Source: Patescibacteria group bacterium (GTDB lineage: Bacteria; Patescibacteriota; Microgenomatia; UBA10105; UBA927). From it: a stretch of DNA of 64,000 nt. Positions 21,890-31,621 of this stretch are shown here, piece by piece. A program made the translations under genes and the position numbers. How positions within the stretch are numbered: the first letter of the stretch is position 1; the number at the start of each line of letters is the position of its first letter. The notes beneath the pieces were generated by a model. It saw only the letters and a program-made list of their open reading frames with translations, did no database searches and had not been told where the DNA came from. The DNA is taken from positions 472,150 to 536,149 of the forward strand of contig JBMOPU010000012.1 in assembly GCA_049322955.1 (NCBI GenBank), written 5' to 3'.

Positions 21890-21964
21890 GGCGCGTTGGC
21901 GAAGTGGTAACGCAGGAGTCTGCAAAACTCCCATGCGCCGGTTCAATTCCGGCACGCGCCTCCA
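21890..21964 (+). tRNA. tRNA-Cys (GCA)
   Basis: GGCGCGT/ACGCGCC acceptor stem, GGAGT-CTGCAAA-ACTCC anticodon arm, GGTTCAATTCC T arm, U73 and encoded CCA. Confidence 0.95.
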
Positions 21965-22101
21965 AGGCATAAGTGAACTTCCCTTCCTATAAATACTTTA
22001 GCAATAGTAATGCCTACGAACCGGAGGTTCACAATCCAGCAGTTAACGAGCCGATTCTGAGAGGTGAGTCGTACTGCTGGTGAGTGCCGAGTAATCTCGG
22101 C

Positions 22102-22118
22102 ATTCCGGCACGCGCCTC
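22102..22118 (+). repeat. Exact 17-bp duplicate of tRNA-Cys 3' end (att-like)
   Basis: ATTCCGGCACGCGCCTC identical to 21946-21962. Confidence 0.85.
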
Positions 22119-24504
22119 ACGATTTTTTTGATCGCTTCATCAAAAGCAGAAGTCCGCACAGTATCACTCCCGTCACCGAACCGACGACACCCACGGTAAA
22201 TGATAAAGGCTGATACGTGAACGTCACGGTATGTGTGCCTTCGGGTACTGCGACGCCTCGGAAAGTATAGTTTGTCCGATAAAGTGTTGCGGGTTTTTCA
22301 TCCAGCGTTACCTTCCATCCCGGATAGTAGGTGTCGGAAAGAAACAACAGCATGCGTCCGGTCGTCTTTGTATGTACGGTAACTTCATGGGAATGATATG
22401 CGGTTATTGTGGCAGAACCGGTCGCTGAGGTGTCAAACAATACGTCGGGACTTTGTTCGACAAACACCGTTTTATATATGTCGGTTGTCGGTGCAAAAAG
22501 CGAAGCGAGTAATGTCGCATCATCGGTTGCCGTTCGAACATCCGAGTAGAGATGCACTCTTGGCAATGCCTGCGGATAATCGTAGATCGCATAAGTGCCG
22601 TCGCTCCATACCTTGGTAAGTCCGGCGGTGTCCGTTTCAATGGTTTGCCTGTTTTTATCGGGAACAAGTTTTCTCGCAATAGAACGCACCCCCAAAAGAG
22701 AAAGCGTTCTTGCCCGATACGGATCGTTTAAGATATCGTCCATATGATCCGTTGATCGGATAAGCGCATTTGCCCGATCAGGCTCCGTCGTTTCACCTTG
22801 TGAGTTTGCATACGCGAGAAACTCCGCATACCGCCTGATGATAATAGAGTCGTATCCCTCGGGGGAGAACAATCCGAATTGCGTGGCAAAGTTTTTTTCG
22901 ATATAGCCGTTATCGTACGTCCAAAACCGGTCATATTTTTTTGTCGCCAATTGTTGCAATACCGGAACGGCGGGATACACAAACCGCCGTTCGGAGAAGT
23001 ATAGATATTTTTTTGCAAACAATACGACCGTAACAAGTTCAATACCCACCAGCATCCCGAACCCCGCCCGTTTCATTCGGGGAAAGCGAAGCGCTCCCCA
23101 AAGAGCGACCAAGCCGAATACGAAACTTACGGCGGGGATCACCATATTCCGAAGCGAAATCGCATACGCGGTGTTATCGCGGTCAACGTATTTTGCCAAA
23201 ACAGGGAAACCTATGGCCAAAGCGACCGAAAGCATAACAATACCGCTTACCCTTGCTAATGTTTTTCGGGGTAATCCTTTCCGGTAAGCGGCGGCGCCGT
23301 AGGCGGTAAGCACGCTTCCTATGAACGTAACGAGCATCATCATGCGGGAAGGCGTCATGGTCGAAAGCAGAGGAAGTTTGAGGTAGTAAAGAAGCAACCA
23401 TGTCGTAGGAAGAGAAAGGACTAGCGAAAGAGTGATGAGGAAGCAGATACGGAAAAATGCATGGTGTTCATCCTGTTTTTTTATAAAAAACTGACTTGCG
23501 ATAAGCATAAACGGTACGACTCCCAAGAACATAAGACGCTCGTGATAGAACCCGGTTCCGAAATAGTTATACGTTGCGGGATTGCCAAAATAGTCCGGGG
23601 CAAACAGCGTTACCAATTGTTGGAAGGGAAGGAGATACGCATCGAATATATACTTCACGTCAGTAGCGATACGCGTTGACTGACCGTATGCTTCGATATT
23701 GGGAATAAGATGGATAGCCGCAAGGAGTAATGAGGTTATATACGAAAGAAGAAACGCAACCCCGACCGACACCCTGTCCGCGGATTTTCTTAGCCTATAC
23801 GCGATCCACAGCAACGAAAAGGCATATACGTAGAACGTCATCTGAAATGCTCCGGAAAATACGGAAAACGCCAAACTCAACGAGAGGAGTGCAAGCCAAA
23901 CTCCCTTTTTGTCGCGGATATATTGTTCGATTGCCGAAAGCGCAAGCGGCAGAAACAATGCGGAATAGGTGAAAAGGTAACTTTCCTGCCACCACGTCAT
24001 AAAAAAACCGGAAAACGCGTACGATACCGTTCCCAACAGCCGGGGCCCGCGGGAAAATCCCATAATGCCGAGAAACACATACATGGCAATAGCCGAAAGG
24101 ATCGGTTGCAGGATGATAAGCGTCGTCCAGGCATCAACGGTGGGGAGTATGAAAAACATCCATCCCAACGGGTGAAAAATAGCCGACTGATAGGTGGCAT
24201 GAAGGATCGTTCCGGAGAAATTGTACGGATTCCAAAGAGGGAAGAATCCCTGTTTTACCGCCTCGGCGGCGGCGGTTTTTAGGGGAAAGTAGATGCGGAG
24301 ATTATCAAACCCCATGGCTTTGTTGGGAGGACCGTTGGGATACTCGGGAGAAGGGTACGATTTCCACGGTTCGTAGTACGAAACCAGCAGATTGGCGGGG
24401 AAGGGCACGGTATGTGCAACGAAGCTGTCGCGGAAAAGAAAAAGTGAAAAAACGATAATAAATACAACGGGAAGCGCCGCTTCCCACCGTTTAGACATAC
24501 CCAA
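22117..24504 (-). CDS. YfhO family membrane protein
   Basis: PLWNPYNFSG, LFLSDTYYPGWKV, NYTFRG; paralogue of 19364-21730, convergent. Confidence 0.85.
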   Translation of the reverse strand: MGMSKRWEAALPVVFIIVFSLFLFRDSFVAHTVPFPANLLVSYYEPWKSYPSPEYPNGPPNKAMGFDNLRIYFPLKTAAAEAVKQGFFPLWNPYNFSGTILHATYQSAIFHPLGWMFFILPTVDAWTTLIILQPILSAIAMYVFLGIMGFSRGPRLLGTVSYAFSGFFMTWWQESYLFTYSALFLPLALSAIEQYIRDKKGVWLALLSLSLAFSVFSGAFQMTFYVYAFSLLWIAYRLRKSADRVSVGVAFLLSYITSLLLAAIHLIPNIEAYGQSTRIATDVKYIFDAYLLPFQQLVTLFAPDYFGNPATYNYFGTGFYHERLMFLGVVPFMLIASQFFIKKQDEHHAFFRICFLITLSLVLSLPTTWLLLYYLKLPLLSTMTPSRMMMLVTFIGSVLTAYGAAAYRKGLPRKTLARVSGIVMLSVALAIGFPVLAKYVDRDNTAYAISLRNMVIPAVSFVFGLVALWGALRFPRMKRAGFGMLVGIELVTVVLFAKKYLYFSERRFVYPAVPVLQQLATKKYDRFWTYDNGYIEKNFATQFGLFSPEGYDSIIIRRYAEFLAYANSQGETTEPDRANALIRSTDHMDDILNDPYRARTLSLLGVRSIARKLVPDKNRQTIETDTAGLTKVWSDGTYAIYDYPQALPRVHLYSDVRTATDDATLLASLFAPTTDIYKTVFVEQSPDVLFDTSATGSATITAYHSHEVTVHTKTTGRMLLFLSDTYYPGWKVTLDEKPATLYRTNYTFRGVAVPEGTHTVTFTYQPLSFTVGVVGSVTGVILCGLLLLMKRSKKS

Positions 24505-24582
24505 AGGGTAACAGTTGGCGGCCTAAAGTTCAATTGAGGATACACGGGTTATTGTGTTACAATTATCCCTATTGTTCTTGCC

Positions 24583-24891
24583 TTGGGTGCGTAGTTTCTG
24601 GCAAAGCCAGATCGGGCTTCGCCTGACAGTGGGTATGTATTATGTCTATGTACTGAAAAGCAAAGTGAATGATGACCTATATATTGGGTCTAGCGAAGAT
24701 TTACGAGTACGTTTTAAACAGAATAATAATGGCGAGGTTCAGTCAACAAAAGGATATAGACCGTGGGTATTAGCATAATACGAAGCGTATAAGAGTAAAA
24801 AAGATGCATTGGTAAGAGAAAAGAAATTAAAAATGCATGCAGTAAAAAGCGAGCTAAAAACTCGATTAACAAATAGTTTGGGTGCGTAGTT
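24583..24891 (+). mobile_element. Putative mini-element: 14-bp direct repeat of tRNA-Ile 5' end, palindromes and GIY-YIG gene
   Basis: TTGGGTGCGTAGTT at 24583-24596 and 24878-24891; TCTGGCAAAGCCAGA and GGGCTTCGCCT hairpins; AT-rich interior. Confidence 0.6.
24635..24889 (+). pseudogene. GIY-YIG nuclease (small stand-alone type) with in-frame TAA
   Basis: MYYVYVLKS..LYIGSSEDLRVRF..STKGYRPWVLA*YEAY..ALVREKKLK; TAA at 24776-24778 where this family usually has Tyr; terminal TAG inside tRNA-Ile. Confidence 0.85.
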
Positions 24892-24951
24892 CAGTGGTAG
24901 AACGCTTTCCTGATAAGAAAGAGGTCCATAGTTCGATTCTATGCGCACCCA
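24880..24951 (+). tRNA. tRNA-Ile (GAT)
   Basis: GGGTGCG/CGCACCC acceptor, CTTTC-CTGATAA-GAAAG anticodon arm, CATAG-TTCGATT-CTATG T arm; CCA not encoded. Confidence 0.93.
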
Positions 24952-25035
24952 CACAACGTATTCGATGTGGATCTTCCAGAGTGATGGGTAGATCCTGCAA
25001 ATAATTGACTGAATCAACCGTCGCTACTTAAGCGC

Positions 25036-25296
25036 TTACGCGTCGTTACTCACCAGAGCGGGTGTCGGCATTTCCGCAAGATGATCGGGGTCGAATTCGC
25101 GTTTCTTTGCACCCCCGCGTGGCGATAAGAAGCTTCGAAGATTTTCCCGGGCAACTCCGGCATACAGACTTCCGCGGGCCAGATCGTCCGGATTTCCTTC
25201 AGACAGCTCTTTTGATATCGGGAGGAAATCTTGCCTTTTTTTGGGCTTTTCCTTACGTTTTGCTCTTGTTCGTGGTGCGGTTTCTATCTTTGTCAT
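25036..25296 (-). CDS. Small basic hypothetical protein
   Basis: ORF fills the gap; TATAAT shortly upstream; no recognised family. Confidence 0.45.
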   Translation of the reverse strand: MTKIETAPRTRAKRKEKPKKRQDFLPISKELSEGNPDDLARGSLYAGVARENLRSFLSPRGGAKKREFDPDHLAEMPTPALVSNDA

Positions 25297-25363
25297 ATGC
25301 ACCTATTATACACCTCTCGTCAAATATTATAGGATATTATGTGAGGTATATTACACAGGAGTT

Positions 25364-26764
25364 TTACTGATAAATGACGACGGGTGTTCCTATGTCGGCG
25401 AACTGATACACCTCCTTGGCATCTCCCACGTCAAGGGCGACGCAGCCTCCCGTATTGGGTGCCCCGATAAACTCACGGGGTCGCTGAATCTTGTTTGCCC
25501 CGGAGTAAAAGTAGGGAAGTTCGTGGATGCCGAAATAGGCATGGAGTTCTTTGGAAAATTCAAATCCCATCCAGTAGGGCATCCATACATTGTAGATGTT
25601 GGAAAATCCCAATCCCGTTTTATTGAGTATCTTAAATGTTCCCGTCGGCGTCGGATAATCTTTGCCGGTGGATACCCGGTAAGTTTTGACCAGGGCTTTG
25701 CTTTTAAAGGTAAAGAGTTTTTGTTGGGATATATCGACTTCGATATATTTATCCGCAATTTCACCTTCCGTATTCGGTCCGCTGTCGATACCTACCTTTA
25801 CCGAATCCGCAGGGCCTCCGTCATACCGCGTCGTCAACGCGTTGGTAATGCCGTTGCCGACTTTTTCGAACGCGGTTGCAGGATTAAAGTTCGCGCGATA
25901 GACTCGTAGCGCGGTGGTAAGATCGGGGAAAAATTTATCGGTATTTACGTCAAAATGCACATTGCCGGTTTCCGCGCTGATGCTTGCCGTCGTGTATTTG
26001 CGCAGATCTTCGGGCGAGAGCGTGATGAATTGGTTTTCGCCGTTTAACCCTACGATCACGGTAAGCGGCGTGCTATAGGCACGGGCAAGATTGTTGTTGG
26101 TGTTGGCGACTTTTTCGACAAGATCGTTCGGCGCTTCGACAAGCGGCACGATGAGAGGGATTTCCATGCTCCCGAAGTGCGAAAGAAGCGCTTCCTGAAA
26201 TTGTTCCGTCGCAACCCGATATCGCTGTTGCGGCGCATAGAGCGTCGCCCGTTTATTGTCCTGATCCATATAGACGATATCATCGCTTGTCGCTCCCGCC
26301 GCGTTTATTTTTTCGATATATTCGTAAAACTCCTGCGAGAAGGAAAGAGGAATACGGATCTGTCGCGGGGTGAATATTTGGCGCGTCAGTTGCACGAAAC
26401 GGGGAAACAATGGGAGGGTATTGGGGAGAAATATCTCACGGATGGATACTTCAGGATCCATATATACCCCGATATGCTCGTACGTAAGATCGTATGACTG
26501 GGCATTAATCGTGAGCGGAAGTGAAGCCGCGTAATATTTTGCAAGCCGTTCCCGTACCGCATTTTTGGTCATGAGCCCGACATTGGCGTTTCCTACCATC
26601 GTGTTGGGGAAACTTAATATGTTTGTCCCGATCACGAGGATAAATATGAGATTGATAGCGGAAAGAAATGTCAAAAGCTTCCGTCGCGTCAGGATACCTT
26701 TATGACGCAAGTGGTGCGTGATTTTTTTGGCGTGATGGACCGCATGCTGGACATGACGCTTCAT
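25364..26764 (-). CDS. L,D-transpeptidase family protein (membrane-anchored)
   Basis: IEVDISQQKL, VSTGKDYPTPTG, YFGIHELP..NTGGCV. Confidence 0.85.
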   Translation of the reverse strand: MKRHVQHAVHHAKKITHHLRHKGILTRRKLLTFLSAINLIFILVIGTNILSFPNTMVGNANVGLMTKNAVRERLAKYYAASLPLTINAQSYDLTYEHIGVYMDPEVSIREIFLPNTLPLFPRFVQLTRQIFTPRQIRIPLSFSQEFYEYIEKINAAGATSDDIVYMDQDNKRATLYAPQQRYRVATEQFQEALLSHFGSMEIPLIVPLVEAPNDLVEKVANTNNNLARAYSTPLTVIVGLNGENQFITLSPEDLRKYTTASISAETGNVHFDVNTDKFFPDLTTALRVYRANFNPATAFEKVGNGITNALTTRYDGGPADSVKVGIDSGPNTEGEIADKYIEVDISQQKLFTFKSKALVKTYRVSTGKDYPTPTGTFKILNKTGLGFSNIYNVWMPYWMGFEFSKELHAYFGIHELPYFYSGANKIQRPREFIGAPNTGGCVALDVGDAKEVYQFADIGTPVVIYQ

Positions 26765-26807
26765 GATACTAGGCTAGCAGAACCGATAGCAATGAACAAT
26801 TTGGCAA

Positions 26808-27899
26808 TTACGGACGAGGGGGTGTCGGAGATTGCAAAGACTGAAGGATATCGGGGAGCCTGGTAAGAATATGCTTTGCTTCACCCTTATCATTTATGAT
26901 GCCCCAGTTAAGTACACCGAATTCCTTGTCATCAAAAAGTTCATAAAAACCGATATTGCGAACCTTGTATTCATTTACCAAAGGAAGCATTGCATCGGTT
27001 ATTTTATCGACGGCATACGTCTGTAGTGCTTCATGACGCGGGTTCCGTTTCTGCAATGGATTGAAGGTGGGGAAGCCGAATTCGCCGATATCGATAGCCA
27101 TATGGGGAAAAAGGGTGGTCGTTTTGGCAAGGAGCGAACGGAAGTGTCGCATATCGGTGAGTTGATCGGTAAGGAGAGAAAGAAAATCCCGGCGGGCGTC
27201 TTTTGTGCCCTTTGTCGCAATCGCCTCCAAGGTCTGGTGGGCGACGGTCGCCGCCCCCATGGGCGAAATCATTTTACGGTTGTATTGATAACTTCCCGGA
27301 TAAAAGTCGAGGCCGATACTGGAGAGTCCGGAAAGTTCTGCCATATGTTTGGTGAGAAATTTTTCCGCATTCGCCAAGGGCTTAGAAAGCACAACGGTTG
27401 CCGTGACGTCGGTGCTTTCCCCGAATACCTCGCGGGTTGCGCTCACCAGCTGGGGCATCTCGCGGAGTAATTTCTTTGGCGTGTATATGGGGTTATTCAG
27501 TTCGTTGAGGATCTGAACTGTTTTTATGGGAACACCTAACCTGTCAAAATGACGTTTCACATTTTTGGCATGATCGGTATATGCCTGTCGAATTGCCTCC
27601 GATGATTTGCCATAATACGCCCAGCGCGGCGGCGTTGAGAGAATAACAATCGGTTCCAATCCGTGTGTCATACCGGACTTGGCCAAAAGCGCCGCTTTTC
27701 CGAGATAGGTGTCATTTACCTCACCAGCTTTAGGGGATGCGGTCTTCCATCGAATGTCAAAGCGATGCTTGGTAAAGCCGAGTTTGCGTATTTCCGGCGC
27801 AATTTTTTCGAATTGCATGACGGTAATATTTTCCATGTCCGGTATATGGTGGGTGATAAAAAGCGATCGTTCTGTTGGAGGAGCGAGTGTTTCCGACAT
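26808..27899 (-). CDS. Clan GH-A TIM-barrel glycoside hydrolase-like protein
   Basis: QILNELNNP (acid/base), GLDFYPG, IGEFGFP (nucleophile), FYELFD, NWGII. Confidence 0.65.
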   Translation of the reverse strand: MSETLAPPTERSLFITHHIPDMENITVMQFEKIAPEIRKLGFTKHRFDIRWKTASPKAGEVNDTYLGKAALLAKSGMTHGLEPIVILSTPPRWAYYGKSSEAIRQAYTDHAKNVKRHFDRLGVPIKTVQILNELNNPIYTPKKLLREMPQLVSATREVFGESTDVTATVVLSKPLANAEKFLTKHMAELSGLSSIGLDFYPGSYQYNRKMISPMGAATVAHQTLEAIATKGTKDARRDFLSLLTDQLTDMRHFRSLLAKTTTLFPHMAIDIGEFGFPTFNPLQKRNPRHEALQTYAVDKITDAMLPLVNEYKVRNIGFYELFDDKEFGVLNWGIINDKGEAKHILTRLPDILQSLQSPTPPRP

Positions 27900-27939
27900 A
27901 CGGATGGCGGGTGGGCAGTGAATCCTATTATACACAATC

Positions 27940-29163
27940 TCACTTGGCGGCTTTATACTCCCGGAGTATCCGTAGCGTACTCCCCATGACGAGAACGACC
28001 GCAAGTGTGCCGATTCCGCCTATCACCACCGTGAGCGGGGCGCCTACGAGACCTGCAAGTAATCCCGCTTCCACCTCGCCGAGTCGGGGGCCGCCCGCAT
28101 AAAATATCTGATTAATCGCGGTCATCCGGCCCCGGATGTGGTCGGGGGTGGAAAGCTGGCGGATGATATTGCGGATGATCGAGCTCATCCCGTCACCCGC
28201 ACCGACGACGGTTAATGCAATGAGTGAGAGGATATAGTTTTTGGAAATGCCGAACGTGATGGTGCCGATCGCATATAACACGATGCTCATTAGCAGGATC
28301 TTACCGGTATGCAGTCGTTTTCCCACGCTGGCGGCGACAACGCCGGTTACGGTCGCCCCGAGAAAGGGGGCGGCATACAGAAACCCGACATACTGTGGTC
28401 CGATGTGCAGGATATCCTGGGCAAACACGGGGATAAGAATGGTGGCTTCGGCAAAAAGTGTTGAGAAGAAATCCAAAAGCATGGTTGACCAGATAAGCGT
28501 TTTTGACTTTACAAACCGTAATCCTTCCAAAATTGCGGCAATACTTGCCGGCTTTTTTACGCCTTCGATTTTTCCGTGTGCTTTCATACCGAGTAAGGCA
28601 AAAAGCAAAATCAGATACGATCCGGCGTCAAGAAGATAAACGGCACCGATACCCGCGTAAGCGATAATAAATCCCGCAATAGCCGGACCCGCAACAGTCG
28701 AGACGTTGTAACCGATGATGTTAAGACTCACCGCATTGCCGTAATGTTCGCGGGCAACCAGGCTCGGAAGAAAGGCGGATCTCGCGGGGCCGTCCAGGCT
28801 ATATACCGCGATGAGGAGTCCGTTTAACACGAGCAGATTCACCGGATTGGCAAGTCCCGTAACGGTAAGTATGCCCTGGGCAAATGCGATACCTGCCTGG
28901 AGCAATTGGGTCATATAGAGGATTTTTTTCCTGTTATGGGCATCGACAATTGCTCCGCCGATTAATGAAAAAAGAATGACGGGGATAATTCGCGAGGCGC
29001 CGACGAGTGCCAGGACGTATGGCGAACCTGTCATTTCGTACAATTGCCAATTGATTGCCACAATCTGCATTTGTGTGCCTGCATTGGAAATAAACTGTCC
29101 GATCCACTGCAGGACATAATCGTGGGAGGAAAGTGCGGGATATTTCGCCAGTAACCGATGCAT
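27940..29163 (-). CDS. MFS transporter (EntS/DHA3-like)
   Basis: About 12 TM; GAIVDAHNRKK, PARSAFLPSLV, TPDHIRGR. Confidence 0.85.
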   Translation of the reverse strand: MHRLLAKYPALSSHDYVLQWIGQFISNAGTQMQIVAINWQLYEMTGSPYVLALVGASRIIPVILFSLIGGAIVDAHNRKKILYMTQLLQAGIAFAQGILTVTGLANPVNLLVLNGLLIAVYSLDGPARSAFLPSLVAREHYGNAVSLNIIGYNVSTVAGPAIAGFIIAYAGIGAVYLLDAGSYLILLFALLGMKAHGKIEGVKKPASIAAILEGLRFVKSKTLIWSTMLLDFFSTLFAEATILIPVFAQDILHIGPQYVGFLYAAPFLGATVTGVVAASVGKRLHTGKILLMSIVLYAIGTITFGISKNYILSLIALTVVGAGDGMSSIIRNIIRQLSTPDHIRGRMTAINQIFYAGGPRLGEVEAGLLAGLVGAPLTVVIGGIGTLAVVLVMGSTLRILREYKAAK

Positions 29164-29255
29164 AGAATGGAATATTGTAGCACTTCCCGGGTGATAACTC
29201 TTGTTTGTAAGATGCCTCACATCTTGTTATAGTGAAATGAAGAAAGGACGGGACT

Positions 29256-29618
29256 ATGCTGAATTTTAATTCAATTTTACTTTCAACGGATCAGCCGAAA
29301 GCGATGGTCGAGTTTTACGCAAAGGTATTTGATAAAAAAGCCGATTGGGCCGAGGGTGACTGGGCGGGGTTTCAGGTGGGAAGCGGATTTTTCAGTATCG
29401 GGCCGCACGACAAAGTGAAAGGTACCGCCAAACAGCCCGAAAGGATTCTGGTTAACTTTGAAACCGCCGAAGTGGCAAAAGAATTTGATCGGATAAAAGC
29501 CGCGGGAGCAACCGTTATTGCCGAGCCGTACCAGATGGAAGGCATGAACGACATGTGGATCGCAACGTTTGCCGATCCCGACGGAAATTATTTCCAGCTC
29601 ATGAGCCCGATGAAATAA
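29256..29618 (+). CDS. VOC/glyoxalase family protein
   Basis: FYAKVF, GATVIAEP, ATFADPDGNYFQL. Confidence 0.85.
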   Translation: MLNFNSILLSTDQPKAMVEFYAKVFDKKADWAEGDWAGFQVGSGFFSIGPHDKVKGTAKQPERILVNFETAEVAKEFDRIKAAGATVIAEPYQMEGMNDMWIATFADPDGNYFQLMSPMK

Positions 29619-29659
29619 TTTCACTTCGGGAGTGAGGGACTATTCGCACATCGGGACAG

Positions 29660-30271
29660 TTAGAATAAACCTATTTGTCGGGTGGAGTCGATGACTTCCT
29701 TGGGGTACGAAAAATCGACGGGAAAACTCGCCACAGTGTTCCAATTATCGATATATTTTAGTTCGCGGTTCACGACGCCGTAATCATAAAGATCCCGGGT
29801 AAGCATGACATCCGCTTCGCAATATTCCCTGAGCAGTTTCAGGCTCTCGGGATCGTGTTTGTTCCAGTACATGACCGCGTTAGTGCCGACATCCGTTTTG
29901 TCTCTTCCTAAGGTGTATTTGCCGAGTGTGGAAAGGCTCAGGTAATGCCCCAGCTTTGCTTTGACATGCACCATAATGTCGAAGTGGGGAAGTTTGGCAA
30001 AATTTTCCGGAGCGTACGGAAGCAGTGCCGGCACATCAAATTTCAGGGTGTTAAAGCCGATAATGCGTTTTGCCTGGCTCATGAGCGAAAACATTTCCGG
30101 AAAATCGTCTTCCCAAAAACTTCGAAGTTGTCCCGATATTTCATGCTGTTCTTCATCGACCTGACGTATATACGCGCTGACGATGGAGACGCCCAACAGG
30201 GACGGTTCATTACCCTCTACCTCCGAAAACAGCCTCTTTGTTTCGACATCAAAAATGACTTCGGTAATCAT
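29660..30271 (-). CDS. RNase H-like (DEDD) exonuclease-domain protein
   Basis: IFDVET, IGFNTLKFD, LREYCEADV; start ATG 30271. Confidence 0.8.
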   Translation of the reverse strand: MITEVIFDVETKRLFSEVEGNEPSLLGVSIVSAYIRQVDEEQHEISGQLRSFWEDDFPEMFSLMSQAKRIIGFNTLKFDVPALLPYAPENFAKLPHFDIMVHVKAKLGHYLSLSTLGKYTLGRDKTDVGTNAVMYWNKHDPESLKLLREYCEADVMLTRDLYDYGVVNRELKYIDNWNTVASFPVDFSYPKEVIDSTRQIGLF

Positions 30272-30387
30272 AGCCTGGGTAGTATAGGAAATATGCTGTA
30301 TAAGAGCAAGAGAGCGCTCCCGAGAGAAATTTTGACAATACCTGTACGGTACGGACAAGCGCGTATCTGCTACAATAAATCCCTTGT

Positions 30388-31560
30388 ATGAAAAAAACAC
30401 TCTGGGTAATCGCGCTTATCGCTATCGTGAATGCATTAGGGTACGGGATCATTATCCCGATTTTGTATTCGTATTCGCGAAAGTTCGGTCTTACTGATTT
30501 TCAAAACGGGCTGTTGTTTTCGATATTTTCGGTATTCCAATTTATCGCAACGCCGCTTATCGGGAGATTGTCCGATGCGTATGGCAGGCGACCGCTTCTC
30601 CTTATATCGCTTTTGGGGACATCCGCATCATTTTTCACGATGGCGTTTGCGCAAAATGCCGCATGGCTTTTTATCGCACGGGCGCTCGACGGAATAACGG
30701 CGGGAAATATTCCCGTGGCACTTGCAGTCATTTCCGATACGACGGAAGCAAAAAATCGCGCAAAGGGTTTTGGCATTATCGGAGCGTCATTCGGATTCGG
30801 ATTTACGTTCGGTCCCGCCATTTCCGCATTCACCTTACACCTCGGTGAATCCGCGCCGTTTATCATCGCCGGTGTTATCGCGCTCGTTGCCTTTTTGCTT
30901 ACGGCGGTGTTCCTTCCGGAAACCAACATGCATAAAGGATCACAGGTTTCCCGTCATGTATTTGATTTTCGGCACTTATTCCATGCGCTGGTTGATCCCG
31001 CGATAGGGAAAACCCTTATCGTTTCTTTTTTGGTGATGCTCGCATTTTCAATTTTCATCTACGCGTTTCAACCGATGTCAGTAGAGGTACTCAGGCTTTC
31101 CCCTCAACAGATATCGGTCATTTTCACGATTATGGGGGTAATCGGTCTTATATCGCAGGGGATGGTTATTCCCCGCGTTATCCGGTTGTTTGGAGAGCGC
31201 GTAACCCTGGTCGGGGCGATGGCGGTATCGGTAGTGACCTATACGGTTTTATACTTTATGCGCGCATATCCGCTCTTTCTTACGGTGGTACTTATCCAAT
31301 CATTTGCCAACGGATTTGCCAATCCGATTATCCAGGCGTTGCTTTCCAAAGAGGCCGATGCTAAAAGTCAGGGGTCGATTTTGGGGGTGAACGCTTCGTA
31401 TCAAAGTATCGGACAAATTGTGGGTCCGGTCATCGGCGGCACGTTATCGACGTTTTTTATTCCGCTTCCGTTTTTGGCGGCGGCGATGGTCATGGGAGCG
31501 GCCATGCTCCTCTCGTTCGGCATGCTGAAACAGCATCTGCGTGCCAGGTCATTGGTATAA
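30388..31560 (+). CDS. MFS transporter, TetA/DHA1-like
   Basis: GRLSDAYGRRPLL, RALDGITAGN, GFGFTFGPAI. Confidence 0.9.
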   Translation: MKKTLWVIALIAIVNALGYGIIIPILYSYSRKFGLTDFQNGLLFSIFSVFQFIATPLIGRLSDAYGRRPLLLISLLGTSASFFTMAFAQNAAWLFIARALDGITAGNIPVALAVISDTTEAKNRAKGFGIIGASFGFGFTFGPAISAFTLHLGESAPFIIAGVIALVAFLLTAVFLPETNMHKGSQVSRHVFDFRHLFHALVDPAIGKTLIVSFLVMLAFSIFIYAFQPMSVEVLRLSPQQISVIFTIMGVIGLISQGMVIPRVIRLFGERVTLVGAMAVSVVTYTVLYFMRAYPLFLTVVLIQSFANGFANPIIQALLSKEADAKSQGSILGVNASYQSIGQIVGPVIGGTLSTFFIPLPFLAAAMVMGAAMLLSFGMLKQHLRARSLV

Positions 31561-31621
31561 GCTTCGCGTTCGTGCAATCACTTCACAAACGGCGTATAAT
31601 ACCGTGCAACGAGACCATTAT

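Noticed and set aside
21758-22118. Intron-split or permuted tRNA, tmRNA, or prophage att sites
   Set aside because: The central tRNA is complete; no group I/II core, tag reading frame or integrase is visible
24776-24778. Stop-codon recoding in the GIY-YIG gene
   Set aside because: TAA terminates many genes in this window; a nonsense mutation or sequencing error is simpler
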